A stretch of DNA of 62,833 nt, filler included, from Ionaspis alba (taxonomy: Eukaryota), in NCBI GenBank assembly GCA_964255285.1. It is 10 parts of 10 records of this genome, joined end to end, with 100 filler letters (N's around TTAATTAATTAA, not from the genome) between each part and the next. Parts side by side here need not be neighbours in the genome. Positions count along the whole stretch, not along the records: positions 25,363 to 31,548 come from CAXUUL010000941.1; positions 31,649 to 37,814 come from CAXUUL010000942.1; positions 37,915 to 44,075 come from CAXUUL010000943.1; 7 more parts are not named here. One strand, 5' to 3'. The notes beneath the pieces are model-generated. The model saw only the letters and a program-made list of their open reading frames with translations. It had not been told where the DNA came from and did no database searches. Every line of letters starts with the position of its first letter. Positions within the stretch are counted from its first letter, which is position 1. A program made the position numbers and the translations under genes. Below, piece by piece: positions 27,270-39,055 of the stretch.

Positions 27270-29116
27270 ATGTCGACCATTATTCCTGTCAGCAATGAGA
27301 CGGACAACTCGATGACCCGGATGACCAAAGATGGAAGGAAGTTGACCTATGTGATGAAGGTTTTGCAGCAACCTCAACGAGCTAGAGCTTGTGGCTCAGG
27401 AGCCAAATGTATGTCTCCAATCGGTCTCTACCAATTTTCTCTTGGATACCAAATACTGACAATTGAATAGCATCAGCGGACCGTCGTCCTGTCGACCCTC
27501 CTCCAGTTGTGGAGCTGAAAGTATTGGAAGGGGACCAAAAGACCGATATCACCTTCTCCCACAATGCCAACTTCTTCCTCTACACCACGTTGGAATCTGC
27601 ACGTCCCATTGCTCAAGGTCGTGGAAACAGTCCCCTTGCACCTTTCCCGGTCCTCACGGGGATGCCAGTCGCTGGTATGGCGTATCTTGACCGCCCAAGC
27701 CCAGCCGGATATTTCATCTTTCCAGACCTTTCGGTCCGCCATGAAGGCAAATACAGATTGAGCTTCAATCTGTTTGAAGAGCTGAAGGAGGCCAAGGACG
27801 CAGATGCAGAGCCGGCTATCAGCAACCCAGATCATCCAAACAACAAGCTGCTACGCAGCAGTCCTATGGCGCCACAAGCACACGTCCATTTCCGGCTCGA
27901 GGTCAAGTCCGAGCCATTCGTTGTATACAGTGCGAAGAAGTTCCCAGGACTAGCTGAGAGCACCCAATTGAGTCGTGTCGTTGCCGAACAAGGATGTCGT
28001 GTCCGTATTCGCCGCGATGTACGAATGAGACGTCGTGACGCAAAGCCATCGAAGGATTATGAAGAGTACGAGGAAGAGGGCGTGGGATACACTCGACCAG
28101 ATCGTTATGCCACTCCCGATGCCTATGCACAGCAACCAGCACCAGACCGCCAACGGTCAGGCAGCAATGTCAGTGCAGAGCCGCATACTCCATACACGAA
28201 CATTGAGCGCCGCCCATCGACTCAAGAGTCCGCCTATTACAATCAGAGCGCTTATGCGCATGCTGCTCCTCCTATGCCAGCGCCTCCTCCCAGCAACAAC
28301 AGCTATGCTTCCCACCTGACGTTTGGAGGATCATCTGCACCCCAGTATCAAACTCCTGCTCTACCTGCCAGCCAATCCACTATGGCCCAACCAGTTCCCA
28401 ATTACTCCGCAAACACCAACTACCAGTACCAGCCTGTAAGGCAGATGTCGAATCCACAAGCTTACACCTATCCCACTAGCCAACCATATCAACATCAACA
28501 ATACCCAATGTCGCAAAGCTACAACGAAAACGCAGAGTACAAGCCTCTATCAGACTATCGACGAACATCTCTCCAGACCAATATACCCACTTATACCACC
28601 CAAGCTCCGACTTCTTATCCCACAAACGATGGACGCGTCCCACCAATGACGCAGAACTACTACAACCAGCCAAATCTTGCACCCAGAACTGGCACTCCAA
28701 CCAATGCTCAATTGCCACCACTGAAGACCATCCAGCCACCACCAGAAAGGAAGTACGATCCCTCCACACCGACAACCATCATGCCAGCTCCAATCCTAGC
28801 CTCCTCACCCCACCCGACAAACGAAGTCACCCCATCGTCCTATGCTCCTCAGTCAGCCACGCTCCAAAATGGAGACGACAGTGCGATACGCTCGTCGAAA
28901 CGAGCATACGGAAGAGTCTTCGACACCACTCACATGAACCAGTCTGTGCACAGCGGACAGCGTCCTGATGGCTCCAAACATGGCCAGGATATTGCGCAGA
29001 TTCAACTGGATGATGGGTCTGTTGAAGATGAGATTGATTTGCCGAGCTTGCTTTCGTATAGGAGGGCGGATGGGAGTCGCCAGCATAAGAAGTGTCCTTC
29101 CCCTATTACTGGATGA
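27270..29116 (+). CDS. veA: Velvet complex protein VeA
   Basis: Exon 1 27270-27408 ([15 protein letters not shown]), intron 27409-27470, exon 2 [15 protein letters not shown]...[25 protein letters not shown]...[14 protein letters not shown]...[18 protein letters not shown], ending in YRRADG. Confidence 0.97.
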
Positions 29117-30363
29117 GGGGACGGCTGTGTTGGGATCTCTGCCATCGACGTGGACTGTCAAAGTACTTGGAGCCTGAGGAGAACTGGGATCGAGTTTTTT
29201 GGACGAAGGGATAGCAAAGGCGAACGGTGGTCATTATTCGAAGTGGGAATTGGATTGGTTTGTCCTACTAGTGTAGGAGAGACGATCGTGGTCGAGGGGA
29301 TCATTGGCGTTTTGGATTCCATAAGTTGTCTCCCCTATTCCCACGTTTCCTATTTCTTTCTTGTCTTTTCCAACGAATCGCACCTCTCCGGATCGAGTTC
29401 GTCTGATCTCGATCGAGCATTACGCATCTAGCCGGCGGTCCACTGTCGAACAAAATCACTCATTATTTCAGGGGGAGGAGAGCTGCTCTATGACATGCAG
29501 TTTGTCTTTTTTAGGGGGACTTTGGATCTGGGTTGCAAATTCTCTGGGTACGCTTGCGGCGTGGGTGCTCACTAATTGTTCCGCGAGGCTTGGCTTTGTG
29601 GTTTGATGATTTTTTTTAGAGACCAGTCCTGTGTAATATAGAGTCTGGGAATACGTTATTATTCTAGGTTGGGAATTGCTATGGATTCTCTGATACCAGC
29701 GGAGCTCTTCGTTCCTGATCCTACATAAAACTGACCTATCAGACTAAAGTTTCCATCGGTTTGCCAATATCAAAAAGCGTTGTATAATACCGATTTATTC
29801 CATTGCAATGTTCCGTAGGATCGAATCTCGTTTATTGAGAAATAGGGGGCCTCCCCAGGCACGTTCAATGGCTAGCTGCGCCGACAGGGATCGCACAGAT
29901 GCAACCTACGGCAACTAAGTCAGACCCCTAAACACGTCAACCCACCCAACTCCTACCCACGCTACGCGATTCAATCCACGTCCCGCGAACCACGGATTCG
30001 TGTATCCTCTAATTTCGTGATCGAGGGGCTCAAACTTTTGTTATTGTTGTTATTGTGGTAGTCTAATACTGTCTTTGTGAATAGTATGTGTATCGATGAC
30101 TCGATGACCTCATGATCCTGACGACTTAATAATACTGTTTCGATAACTGAACTCACTTTGGGCTCAGTCGAGTTTTGTTTTGTTTACTTTGAAGGGAACT
30201 ATCCATGCACCAACTCCACTCACTGCGGGAAACTCACAGCCTCTGGGATCAAGTGGAAACTCAAGAAGTCTGACCGAATAGGATCGAATTTTCAATCTTC
30301 TTGACGTTGATGTCTGTATCACCACAGCTGGGGCGTGTACCATAAGCCAAGGCCGTGTACCAC

Positions 30364-31548
30364 ATGGCCAACGCCATGGAAGAACCCAAGGTATGTGGAG
30401 CTCCACGATGCTGTGGCCATCCGCCCGAGTGAGGCACTTGTGCTGCATTATACTGACTTGCGATTTCGACATCTCAGGTCGCCACACCAGCCCACTGCGG
30501 CCATCCATATTACTCCAACACTTCCGACTCTCCGGAAAGATACCAAACCCCGGTCACTTCACCTCAGAAAGAAAGTGCGAAATCTCCTAAAAGCAGTGGT
30601 CAAAAGCGTACCTATGACTACATTGATCAATCCACGAATGTCGAGTTCCGCCACGAAGCCACCAATAACACAGAGACGGACTTTGAAGATGACTCCCACG
30701 ACGACAAGCGGAGTCGAGGATCGGATTGGCCTCTCCGATCTTCGTCAAGGAACGGAACACCTCAGAAGTTTCTCAGGACCAAGAAGTCGTTCTCACCCCG
30801 CCGACGAAGTGCACGCAAATCCACTCGTCCCTCGAAGTTCATTGAGGGTAGCATGAATGATCGTCCTAGCGGTCGACCACCAAGTGTATATACAAAAGAT
30901 GAGAAGGCTATGGAACAATACCTGGCGGATCAGGAAGATGTTGCGATGACTGATATGGAGGAGAAAGAAACCTTCTATGACGCTGGTATCGAACGTGCAA
31001 GACCATCGAGCATGTATCGGTTTGGAAAGGCATTGGCGAACGTCTTCAATCCTCTGGCCGTCTGGCAGGGTATGAGCGGTATCTTCAAGGAGAAGCCAGA
31101 AGAGGAGACTAGCACGGAGAAAACAGTCTTGCAGGAGAGGCAAGAGAAAGCCGAGAAGGCTTATGCTGAGCTGAAGAAGGCTGGCTTTTCTGGTACGAAC
31201 GGAGGGGCACGACTCCGTCACAGTGTTGATGCCCCATCTGTCACATATCAGAGCGATGATAACTCCCAACCTCGTCGGGACTCTGGCATAGATGTGGAAA
31301 GCTATCGATCTTCGACAGAGCGCAAGAGAGACGGCATAGTCTTCGATCCGGCTGTTCAAGATGCTCTGATGCCTCCGCTCCCAATACCCCAAATCAATCG
31401 CCGAGCAAGCCCAATGTCAGAAGCTCCCTCCGGACACCGATCACTGCATCTTCACAAGCCCTCCTTTGCCAGCCTCAAGAAGGTCAAATCTCACCTCCAC
31501 ATCCCTACGAGCAAGCGCAGCTCCGCCTCTCCTGCGCCAGTCCAGTCA
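30364..31548 (+). CDS. Conserved fungal hypothetical protein (basic/Ser-rich), 3'-truncated
   Basis: MANAMEEPK, then intron gtatgt...cag (~30391-30477), then an open frame through SKFIEGSMNDRPS into ORF 30853-31548 (KAEKAYAELKKAG). Confidence 0.7.
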
Positions 31549-31648
31549 NNNNNNNNNNNNNNNNNNNNNNNNNNNNNNNNNNNNNNNNNNNNTTAATTAA
31601 TTAANNNNNNNNNNNNNNNNNNNNNNNNNNNNNNNNNNNNNNNNNNNN
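31549..31648. other. Artificial contig-joining spacer
   Basis: N44-TTAATTAATTAA-N44. Confidence 0.97.
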
Positions 31649-32001
31649 GCAAAGTGTTTGAAAGGGGAGAAGTACTACTATCTCTTCTTCATAGGGACTC
31701 GGAAAGACAGTAGAGGGAGAGGTATAAGCCGAATCCTAGTCTTCGTGGGACAGGGAGCTTACGGATTCTAGGTCTGTCCTCAGCTCTTATTGAGAAATTC
31801 CAGAAGATTGCTGCTAGCCAAGGACTCCCCATTTGGTTAGAAGCCACGACTGCGTACTCAAGGGATGTCTATGCCAAGCTTGGCTTTGAGATGTTTGAGG
31901 AAATGGTTTTGGGAAGAGGAAGGGCGGCCCCGGACGGGACGGCTTTAAACGGTGGTGAAGGTGTCAAGACCTGGGGGATGGTTTGGCGTCCAAAGGCTTG
32001 A
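31649..32001 (+). CDS. GNAT-family N-acetyltransferase, C-terminal part (5'-truncated)
   Basis: Manual translation: YYYLFFIGTRKDSRGR|GLSSALI...GLPIWLEATTAYSRDVYAKLGFE...GEGVKTWGMVWRPKA*, with intron 31722-31771. Acetyl-CoA motif RGRG. Missed by the ORF track. Confidence 0.85.
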
Positions 32002-32413
32002 ATGATTATTAACATATGAACTGAATAAACATGTCCCTCCGTGTATTGGTTTGCAACTGCACTTCGTTCTCTTGCACAAATGATCGAGCAGATCGAGGAT
32101 TTTGTGTTCATGGTAACGATGCTCGGTTATCCTAAGAGCTTCCTAGGCGCGTCGGATTCGCAATACAGCTTAGTGTCTTCGTTTGACGCAGATAGATCAA
32201 AGGTGTTGACAGTTGAAGATGGCAAATAATTGGCTAGTCAAGCGAACGCTAGGGTTGGCTATGTTAACACTCTGTTAACTTCACTCTTGCATTCTCCTTC
32301 TCGGTTATCCATTGCTACCACAGAAAATCACCTTGCAGTCGGCGAAATTCTACTCTCTTTACATCCAAGAGCTCACTCTCTCCGGTCATGACTATTTGGG
32401 CTCACCAGCCACT

Positions 32414-33986
32414 ATGCCCAGAAAATCAGATCCTCTAGCCGAGGTCCGGCATATCAACACCGAGAAGAACTCCGATACAAACGTTCGAGAACCTGAAAGA
32501 AAGAAGCAAAAAACATCTCGTGTCACGCGACAAACCACTACCAAGTCCTACCTTGCGTCCCAGGTAGAGTCTACCCGTCATGTCAAAGGTGGGAAAAGCG
32601 GTGGCGATCTCATAAAACGCAAAGCACCTGCCACAAAGGCAAAACCAAAGTGGCAGCAACCTGGGACGCAGAGTATACAAGATCCGTTCGAGCGGCTAGG
32701 GATCGATGTGCTTGGACTCATCATTTCGTATCTTCCAGCTCCGGAGACCGAGACTTTGCGGCGAGTCTCCAAGCTATGGAAGTTTGCTTCAGAAACTCAC
32801 AACACTGGTGGCGCATTGCAGAGGCACTTCGGTCATGTTGGAGAAAAGATGAGGGAGTATCGAAACAGGCAGACTGCTAATCTGGAGTTCCGAAGAAGAT
32901 GTGAGTTCCAACAACTTAGACGGTGAAGCCAAGCTGATATGCGTGCAGTATACCACGAAAAGTCACTGGAGAACGGCATGGCAACCAAGATGTTCTCGTA
33001 TCGCAAAGTAGTCTGCTGGCGTATTTGCAATCACCGTCTTCTTCGAGCCTCTGCCCGGAGCGTGATCTATATCTGCGATCTTCGAAGCAGAGATGTCGAC
33101 AAGGGAATTAAGGAGATAGATCTGAGTACTATGCTGGATGGTAATATTGCGCTAATGGATGCTCAGTTGACGCACAGTGGTGACGTTGTTGCTACCGTCA
33201 TGGCTGAGGAATATGAATCAGTGGCGGCTGACCTCCGGGAAACGCAAGCAGAAGCCCCGACAAATACTGAAGATGGGAATCTGGGTGCTGCAGTCCGCGA
33301 AGACCGCCTTCGCTCCAAGAAGACCACGACAATCTACTTGATCAAGGTTTCGTTCGATGGTACGATCGTTTGGAAAGTCGAACAACTCGCTTGGGCACTA
33401 TACAGACGCACCTGCTTCTTCGGCGGGAGAATGTCAACAAAGCATCACTTCAGTTTCGAAAATCTCGAAGACAGCAATGGAGCGATTCTAGCCGGCGTTT
33501 TTGCTTTCACAATACGGGACCTGGAAGACGGCCAGATCGTGAAACAGCAAAGGCTGCCTTCACCACTGACCAAATTAATCCTTGACAGTGGTCCTGCTAC
33601 AATTCCCCTCAACTCTCGTTCCGCCACCTCCAACGACAGAGATATGGTAGTTGTCCTAGATGGAAGCCGGAATATCTTCATTTTCGATGCATTCACGGGG
33701 AAATACATATCCTGTCTCCCATGGTTCTACCGCACTGTCGTACTTAGCACCGCCCCGCAGGACATAAGGGCTCTATATTACGAGAACGGCAAGATTTGCA
33801 CAGAGTGGCTGCGCAGTACATACAATCCGGTTACCCGAAGCTTAGCACACTCGAAACTACGACTTTACGCACAATCGCCACGCCTCCAATCAGATATTGG
33901 CATCGATTTTGACCGTTCGCTACTGTTCAGACTACTTCATAGTGGCCAAGCACCACGAAGGGGAGCTGGTGGGGTGGATGATTCTA
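32414..33986 (+). CDS. F-box domain protein, interrupted by N gap
   Basis: F-box DPFERLGIDVLGLIISYLPAPETETLRRVSKLWK; intron ~32901-32948; long beta-rich C-terminal ORF. Confidence 0.75.
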
Positions 33987-34086
33987 CNNNNNNNNNNNNN
34001 NNNNNNNNNNNNNNNNNNNNNNNNNNNNNNNNNNNNNNNNNNNNNNNNNNNNNNNNNNNNNNNNNNNNNNNNNNNNNNNNNNNNNN
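33987..34086. other. Intra-scaffold gap (100 N, no linker); equivalent gaps at 39584-39683 and 60386-60485
   Basis: Pure N runs without the TTAA linker. Confidence 0.9.
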
Positions 34087-35454
34087 NGCGGCATCATCTT
34101 CGACTTCCATCTTATCATCGTGCTCCAGATCATCCTCACTATCCCACTCATCCTGAAGCATCTTCACATCTTTTTCATTGTCCTTACCACCCTTCTCCTT
34201 TATTTTTCTTTCCACATTCTCTTTCTGTATCCTCTTCCTCTCCTCCTTCTGCTTCCTCCTTTCCTCCCAAACCTTCTCCATTTCCTTGATCTCCTCTTTA
34301 CTCTTGCTCAAAAACTCATGCCACATGACTTTTCCTCCACAAACTCCTTCCTCGACTTTCGTCATCCGTAGCTTCATACGAGGTCCCAGTTCCACCAGTT
34401 TTACAGCCCGCTTCTCGACTCCTGAGGACTCCGTACTTGCGGATCTGCTATCGCCCTTCCTGAGAGCTTCCATCTGCTTCTTGTTCATGACTTTCCGTGT
34501 CGTGGTTTCAAGGACTTCGACCTCAGCATCAGTCTCCACCTCACTCTCGCTACCCGATGTGAAGCCGCCTCCCGCAGCTGTGGGATCTAGAAGATAGTCG
34601 GCGACGTCTTCTAACTTCCCAAGATTGGGTAGACCTCGCCGGCTCTTCTTCTCCTTGATCAGCTTCTCAGCAGCATTGAGTCTTCTTATACTTCGCGATA
34701 GACCAGTACGTCTGGTAGTTATTGCATAGTGGCGGAGATTGATAGTGTAAGATCCATCTTCTTCATCTGAAGAAGCTGTGGAAACAGCTTTAGGGAGTTC
34801 GCGGTTGAGTAGTAGCACGCGCCGTATCGAGGATAGTGGTGTGGTTTGAGGTGAAATTGAGGGGAAGAGCGATTGGAATATCGTTGTTGTGAGAGACTCA
34901 AGGTGTTTGGGTACTGCAGGCGTCTCACCCTCGGCAGGAGCTGGTGAGGTGAAGTTGTTCATGACGAGTAGTGGCGGTGATAGGTATTCTTTGCCTCCGC
35001 CTTTAGCGTGTTTCATGGCTTTCCGTACGTCCTTGCCAAGCGAGTATTTTTCGACACGGAAATGTATCGTAGGACCACGAGGTGTAAGAGCTAGTCTCAA
35101 GTTCGTGTTGCCCGTTGGTGAGCGGGAGAAGAGGAGGAGATGAGAGACACCGAGTGGGCCAGCCATCGTGGTATAGTCTCGTAGACGATTTGATCTTCGT
35201 TCCTAAGCCGGCATAAGTACCGGATGAGTGGTCTGAATCTCTTTGCTCACCTTCAATCTGCTGGCTGTACCAGGCTCCATCATATCTCTGACGTCTTTGA
35301 CCAATTGACTGACGCTCGATCCGACTTCTCCAGCACCGATTCGAATAACCATGCTCTTTGGGGCTCTGATCGCTGAAGAGTTTGCTGGAGTCGCAGAAGC
35401 TGGCCCAGTACCAGCTCCAACATGGGTCCGCTTCTTCGTCCGTTTTCTAGCCAT
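34087..35454 (-). CDS. SSF1: Brix-domain ribosome biogenesis protein Ssf1/PPAN; extreme 3' end lies in the gap
   Basis: MARKRTKKRTH...PKSMVIRIGA...VRDMMEPGTASRLK|ERRSNRLRDYTTMAGPLGVSHLL...AVKLVELGPRMKLRMTKVEEG; intron 35203-35250. Confidence 0.95.
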
Positions 35455-35667
35455 GCTGTCTGAATAATTTACCCGCTGTTTTGTGGTTGTTTGAAAGAAC
35501 AAAACAATTTCAAGGAATTGAGGTTTGCGCAGCCAATCGGAGCTAAGCACGCTGAATTTCCGACTATCGATTGTGCTAGCGCGGAAATTTACTAGGGCAC
35601 AGGCACGATAAAGAGCTCAACCTCTATGTCCACTGTTAAGCCGTCCTTCAGCTTGTTCTGCCCCAAA

Positions 35668-37234
35668 ATGCCTGTCGTGAAGAAGAGAAAGCTCAACAGC
35701 TCTGAGATACGCAAGGAGACAACTACGGTACCTCAGAAATCTACGACCGAACATTCAAAAGCAATATCCACTGAGGCGGAAGACCGAACCACCGTAAAAT
35801 CAATTCCTGAAGCGCTCGATGGCCCACCAACAGTCGTTCCGCCTGATACAATCCCAAGTCCAGAGTCTATACCAAAATCATTTCAAGAGCTGGGAATAAT
35901 CGACTCGCTGTGTGACGCATGCACAGCTCTTGGCTACAAAGCGCCTACACCCATTCAAAATGAAGCCATACCTTTGGCCCTACAAGGACGAGATCTGATC
36001 GGGCTTGCAGAAACGGGAAGCGGAAAGACAGCAGCATTTGCACTACCTATACTGCAAGGTCGGACTCCCTGCCTCACACCTCATCATGGATCCGGTCTAA
36101 CACCTAGCAGCTCTAATGGACAAACCCCAACCTCTTTTCGGCCTCGTTATGGCTCCAACCCGAGAACTCGCGTACCAGATATCTCAAGCCTTCGAGGCCC
36201 TAGGCTCACTTATCTCCGTTCGCTGCGCCGTCATCGTTGGAGGTATGGATATGGTTCCTCAGGCCATTGCGCTCGGAAAGAAACCCCACATCATAGTCGC
36301 CACACCCGGACGGCTGCTCGACCATCTTGAGAACACCAAAGGCTTCTCCCTCCGCACGTTGAAATACCTAGTGATGGATGAAGCGGACCGGCTGCTTGAC
36401 CTCGACTTTGGTCCCATACTCGACAAGATCCTCAAAGTCCTACCACGAGAGAACAGGCGGACATACCTCTTCTCTGCTACCATGACCTCTAAGGTTGAGT
36501 CTCTACAAAGAGCATCCCTGAAAGATCCTCTTCGCGTCTCCATCTCAACAAGTAGATACCAAACCGTCTCTACGCTCCTCCAATCCTATGTGTTCTTCCC
36601 TCAAAAGGACAAAGACCTCTATCTTGTCTATCTCCTTAACGAGTTCGCTGGCCAATCAGCCATTGTGTTTACGCGTACTGTCAATGAAACCCAGCGACTA
36701 GCAATTCTTCTTCGTGCTCTCGGCTTTGGAGCCATTCCACTCCATGGTCAATTATCACAATCATCTCGCCTTGGCGCACTGGGCAAGTTCAGAGGTCGGA
36801 GCAGAGATATCCTTGTCGCCACCGATGTTGCTGCTCGTGGTCTAGACATACCTTCTGTTGACATAGTACTCAATTTCGACCTTCCACCAGACAGTAAGAC
36901 TTATATTCATCGAGTTGGCCGGACAGCCCGAGCTGGCAAGTCTGGACATGCAATTTCCTTTGTAACACAATACGATGTAGAGATATGGCAGAGGATAGAG
37001 GCCGCACTGGGGAAGAAACTAGGCGAGTACGAGACCGTCAAGGAGGAGGTAATGGTTCTCGGGGAGAGGGTGGGAGATGCACAGAGGGTTGCGATCCGAG
37101 AGATGAAAGATTTACATGACAAGAGGGGAACGAAAGGTGCGACGCTGAGAGGGAGGAAGCCTGGTGGTGGGAGAGGGGTCGGGGTCAGAGGTGGAAAGAG
37201 GGGAAGGGAAGACATGGATAGAGAAGAAGGGTAG
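35668..37234 (+). CDS. RRP3: DEAD-box RNA helicase Rrp3 (DDX47)
   Basis: Motifs [45 protein letters not shown] signature; C-terminal REDMDREEG. Intron 36059-36110. Alternative ATG at 35626. Confidence 0.95.
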
Positions 37235-37520
37235 TGGCAACGTCCCGAAGCAACATGAATTGGGTGGAGATTGTGCATGGTACAGTGATCGTGACTTGTG
37301 AATGTCTCCGAAGCTCTCATCCGTCCGAATAGATTTATCGCTATAACGGACTGATGCTCGTAACATTCCAATTTTTCTGATTCTCAAAGGACTAGGAGGT
37401 GCCGCTCCCGCAATTTTCTAGCTAGTGTGGAAGACAGTTGACCTCTGGGACTATTCCCATAGCTCCCGTCTCTCCTACATCCCAGATATCTTTTCTGAAT
37501 CCTTTCCAGCCTCAAGTCGT

Positions 37521-37814
37521 TCATAACCCCAGATATCCCTCATGAGCAATCCGACATTCTTTCGCTTCCCTTTTCGATGGCCTTCCATTCTTGACACAGT
37601 CAAGGCACAGTCCATCAAAGGCGGTCGAGATTCTTTGAACCACCTGTTTGACTTGACTGACCAGGTTTCTACTACAGGTCAGGCATTGTGGGTGACCTGT
37701 AGTCTGGAAAGAGCACTGATCCAATGCCAGCAGTATCTGTTTCAGACTCTGGGTTCTCCAGATCCTTGTGGCAGGCCACAAACGTTGCTGACTTAGTCCG
37801 CGGAGAAAAAAGCT
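37521..37814 (-). CDS. C-terminal fragment of a conserved fungal hypothetical protein (5'-truncated)
   Basis: Open frame with FDGLCLDC motif, ending CRIAHEGYLGL*. Confidence 0.6.
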   Translation of the reverse strand, partial: SFFLRGLSQQRLWPATRIWRTQSLKQILLALDQCSFQTTGHPQCLTCSRNLVSQVKQVVQRISTAFDGLCLDCVKNGRPSKREAKECRIAHEGYLGL

Positions 37815-37914
37815 NNNNNNNNNNNNNNNNNNNNNNNNNNNNNNNNNNNNNNNNNNNNTTAATTAATTAANNNNNNNNNNNNNNNNNNNNNNNNNNNNNN
37901 NNNNNNNNNNNNNN
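37815..37914. other. Artificial contig-joining spacer
   Basis: N44-TTAATTAATTAA-N44. Confidence 0.97.
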
Positions 37915-39046
37915 TTATAATCCTTTCTTATAGATGGCTTCTCTGATCCGTAAGCGAAGCTCTGATCCGTAAACACGACCCTTTGTTCCACCGCAGACCC
38001 TGAATCCGACCCCGCAGACCCCCGAACAACACACTCCTGTGGCGGTTTATGCAGGGACAAACAGAAACGGGTGGCAACAACGGCAATCGAGACGCGAGAG
38101 AGTCATCGAGCGATTAAATACATAACGTGACTACTTGACACGATTGGGATCACCACAGGGTGCAATCCTGCGAAACACTCCGCATCCGTGCGATGAGGCG
38201 CTCCTTAAGGTAACCCTGAAGTAGGGGAGCTTGTCGTGCTCGGTCGTCGTCGATGTTCGACGTTTTGCTCGCTTGCGAATCCGAGCTCCCGTACCTCTGG
38301 CTCAGTGTTGATCTGGAAACCTCGAAGCTGCTGCGCACATGCGTAGGATGGAGGTTGACCTTGTAACACGGAAGAAAAGGGAAACAAGCTGCCGGGAACG
38401 CTACGCCTCTTTCTTCTTCTCACGAGGTGTGCGCAACCCCGCTTTGGATGTGTGATGGTAGGTTGACTCGGGTGTATCTTGTTCAACAAACTTTCCCCGA
38501 GATCGATCGAGTCTTGATAAGGCAAAAGAAGAGGGCAAACTAGGGTATACAGAGGATATGCTGACGAAGATCAAAGATGCGACCGAAATATTAACAGATA
38601 AGGCTATGTTGGGAAGTGGTACAGAACGATCAATCCATATACTATTGACATCCGACTTCTGACTTCTCTGCGAATGAACATGATCGGCGTGGAGAGAGAG
38701 CGTGAGTTGCAGGATTATTTTGAGGATCCTATGGCTACAAGAGGAAGGAGACTTTGGAGACGGATGACTAGCAAGCGAAGAATCCAACAGATGTTCTTAG
38801 GTGTCAAAATTGCCCTTACCGGCAGCTAGAAGTCGCAGTCGCAGTCGCAAGGTGACAAGAGGATATTTCTTTACGGTCGCAACAATGTCGATTTGCGAGC
38901 ACACATGGGGGGAAGAATATTTCAAGTGTGCGACGTCCTGCGGATCGCAAGGACTAGAAGAAACCAAATGAAGTCGTCTTCGACATCGAGAGGGCATGCA
39001 TGGATGATCGTATCTGAGAAGCACTCATTCGATACGATCTGGTATC

Positions 39047-39055
39047 ATGACTCAT
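39047..39055. promoter_or_regulatory. Candidate Gcn4/CpcA (AP-1) site ATGACTCAT upstream of the bZIP gene
   Basis: Exact optimal Gcn4 9-mer about 2 kb upstream of ATG 41040, across an unsized N gap. Function unproven. Confidence 0.3.

Noticed and set aside
33937..34289. Apparent overlap or fusion of the F-box and SSF1 ORFs
   Set aside because: The ORF caller read through a 100-N gap; these are convergent genes with missing ends.
37521..38060. Joining ORF 37863-38060 to the FDGLCLDC fragment as one gene
   Set aside because: The join crosses a spacer, and the upstream piece lacks an in-frame ATG.
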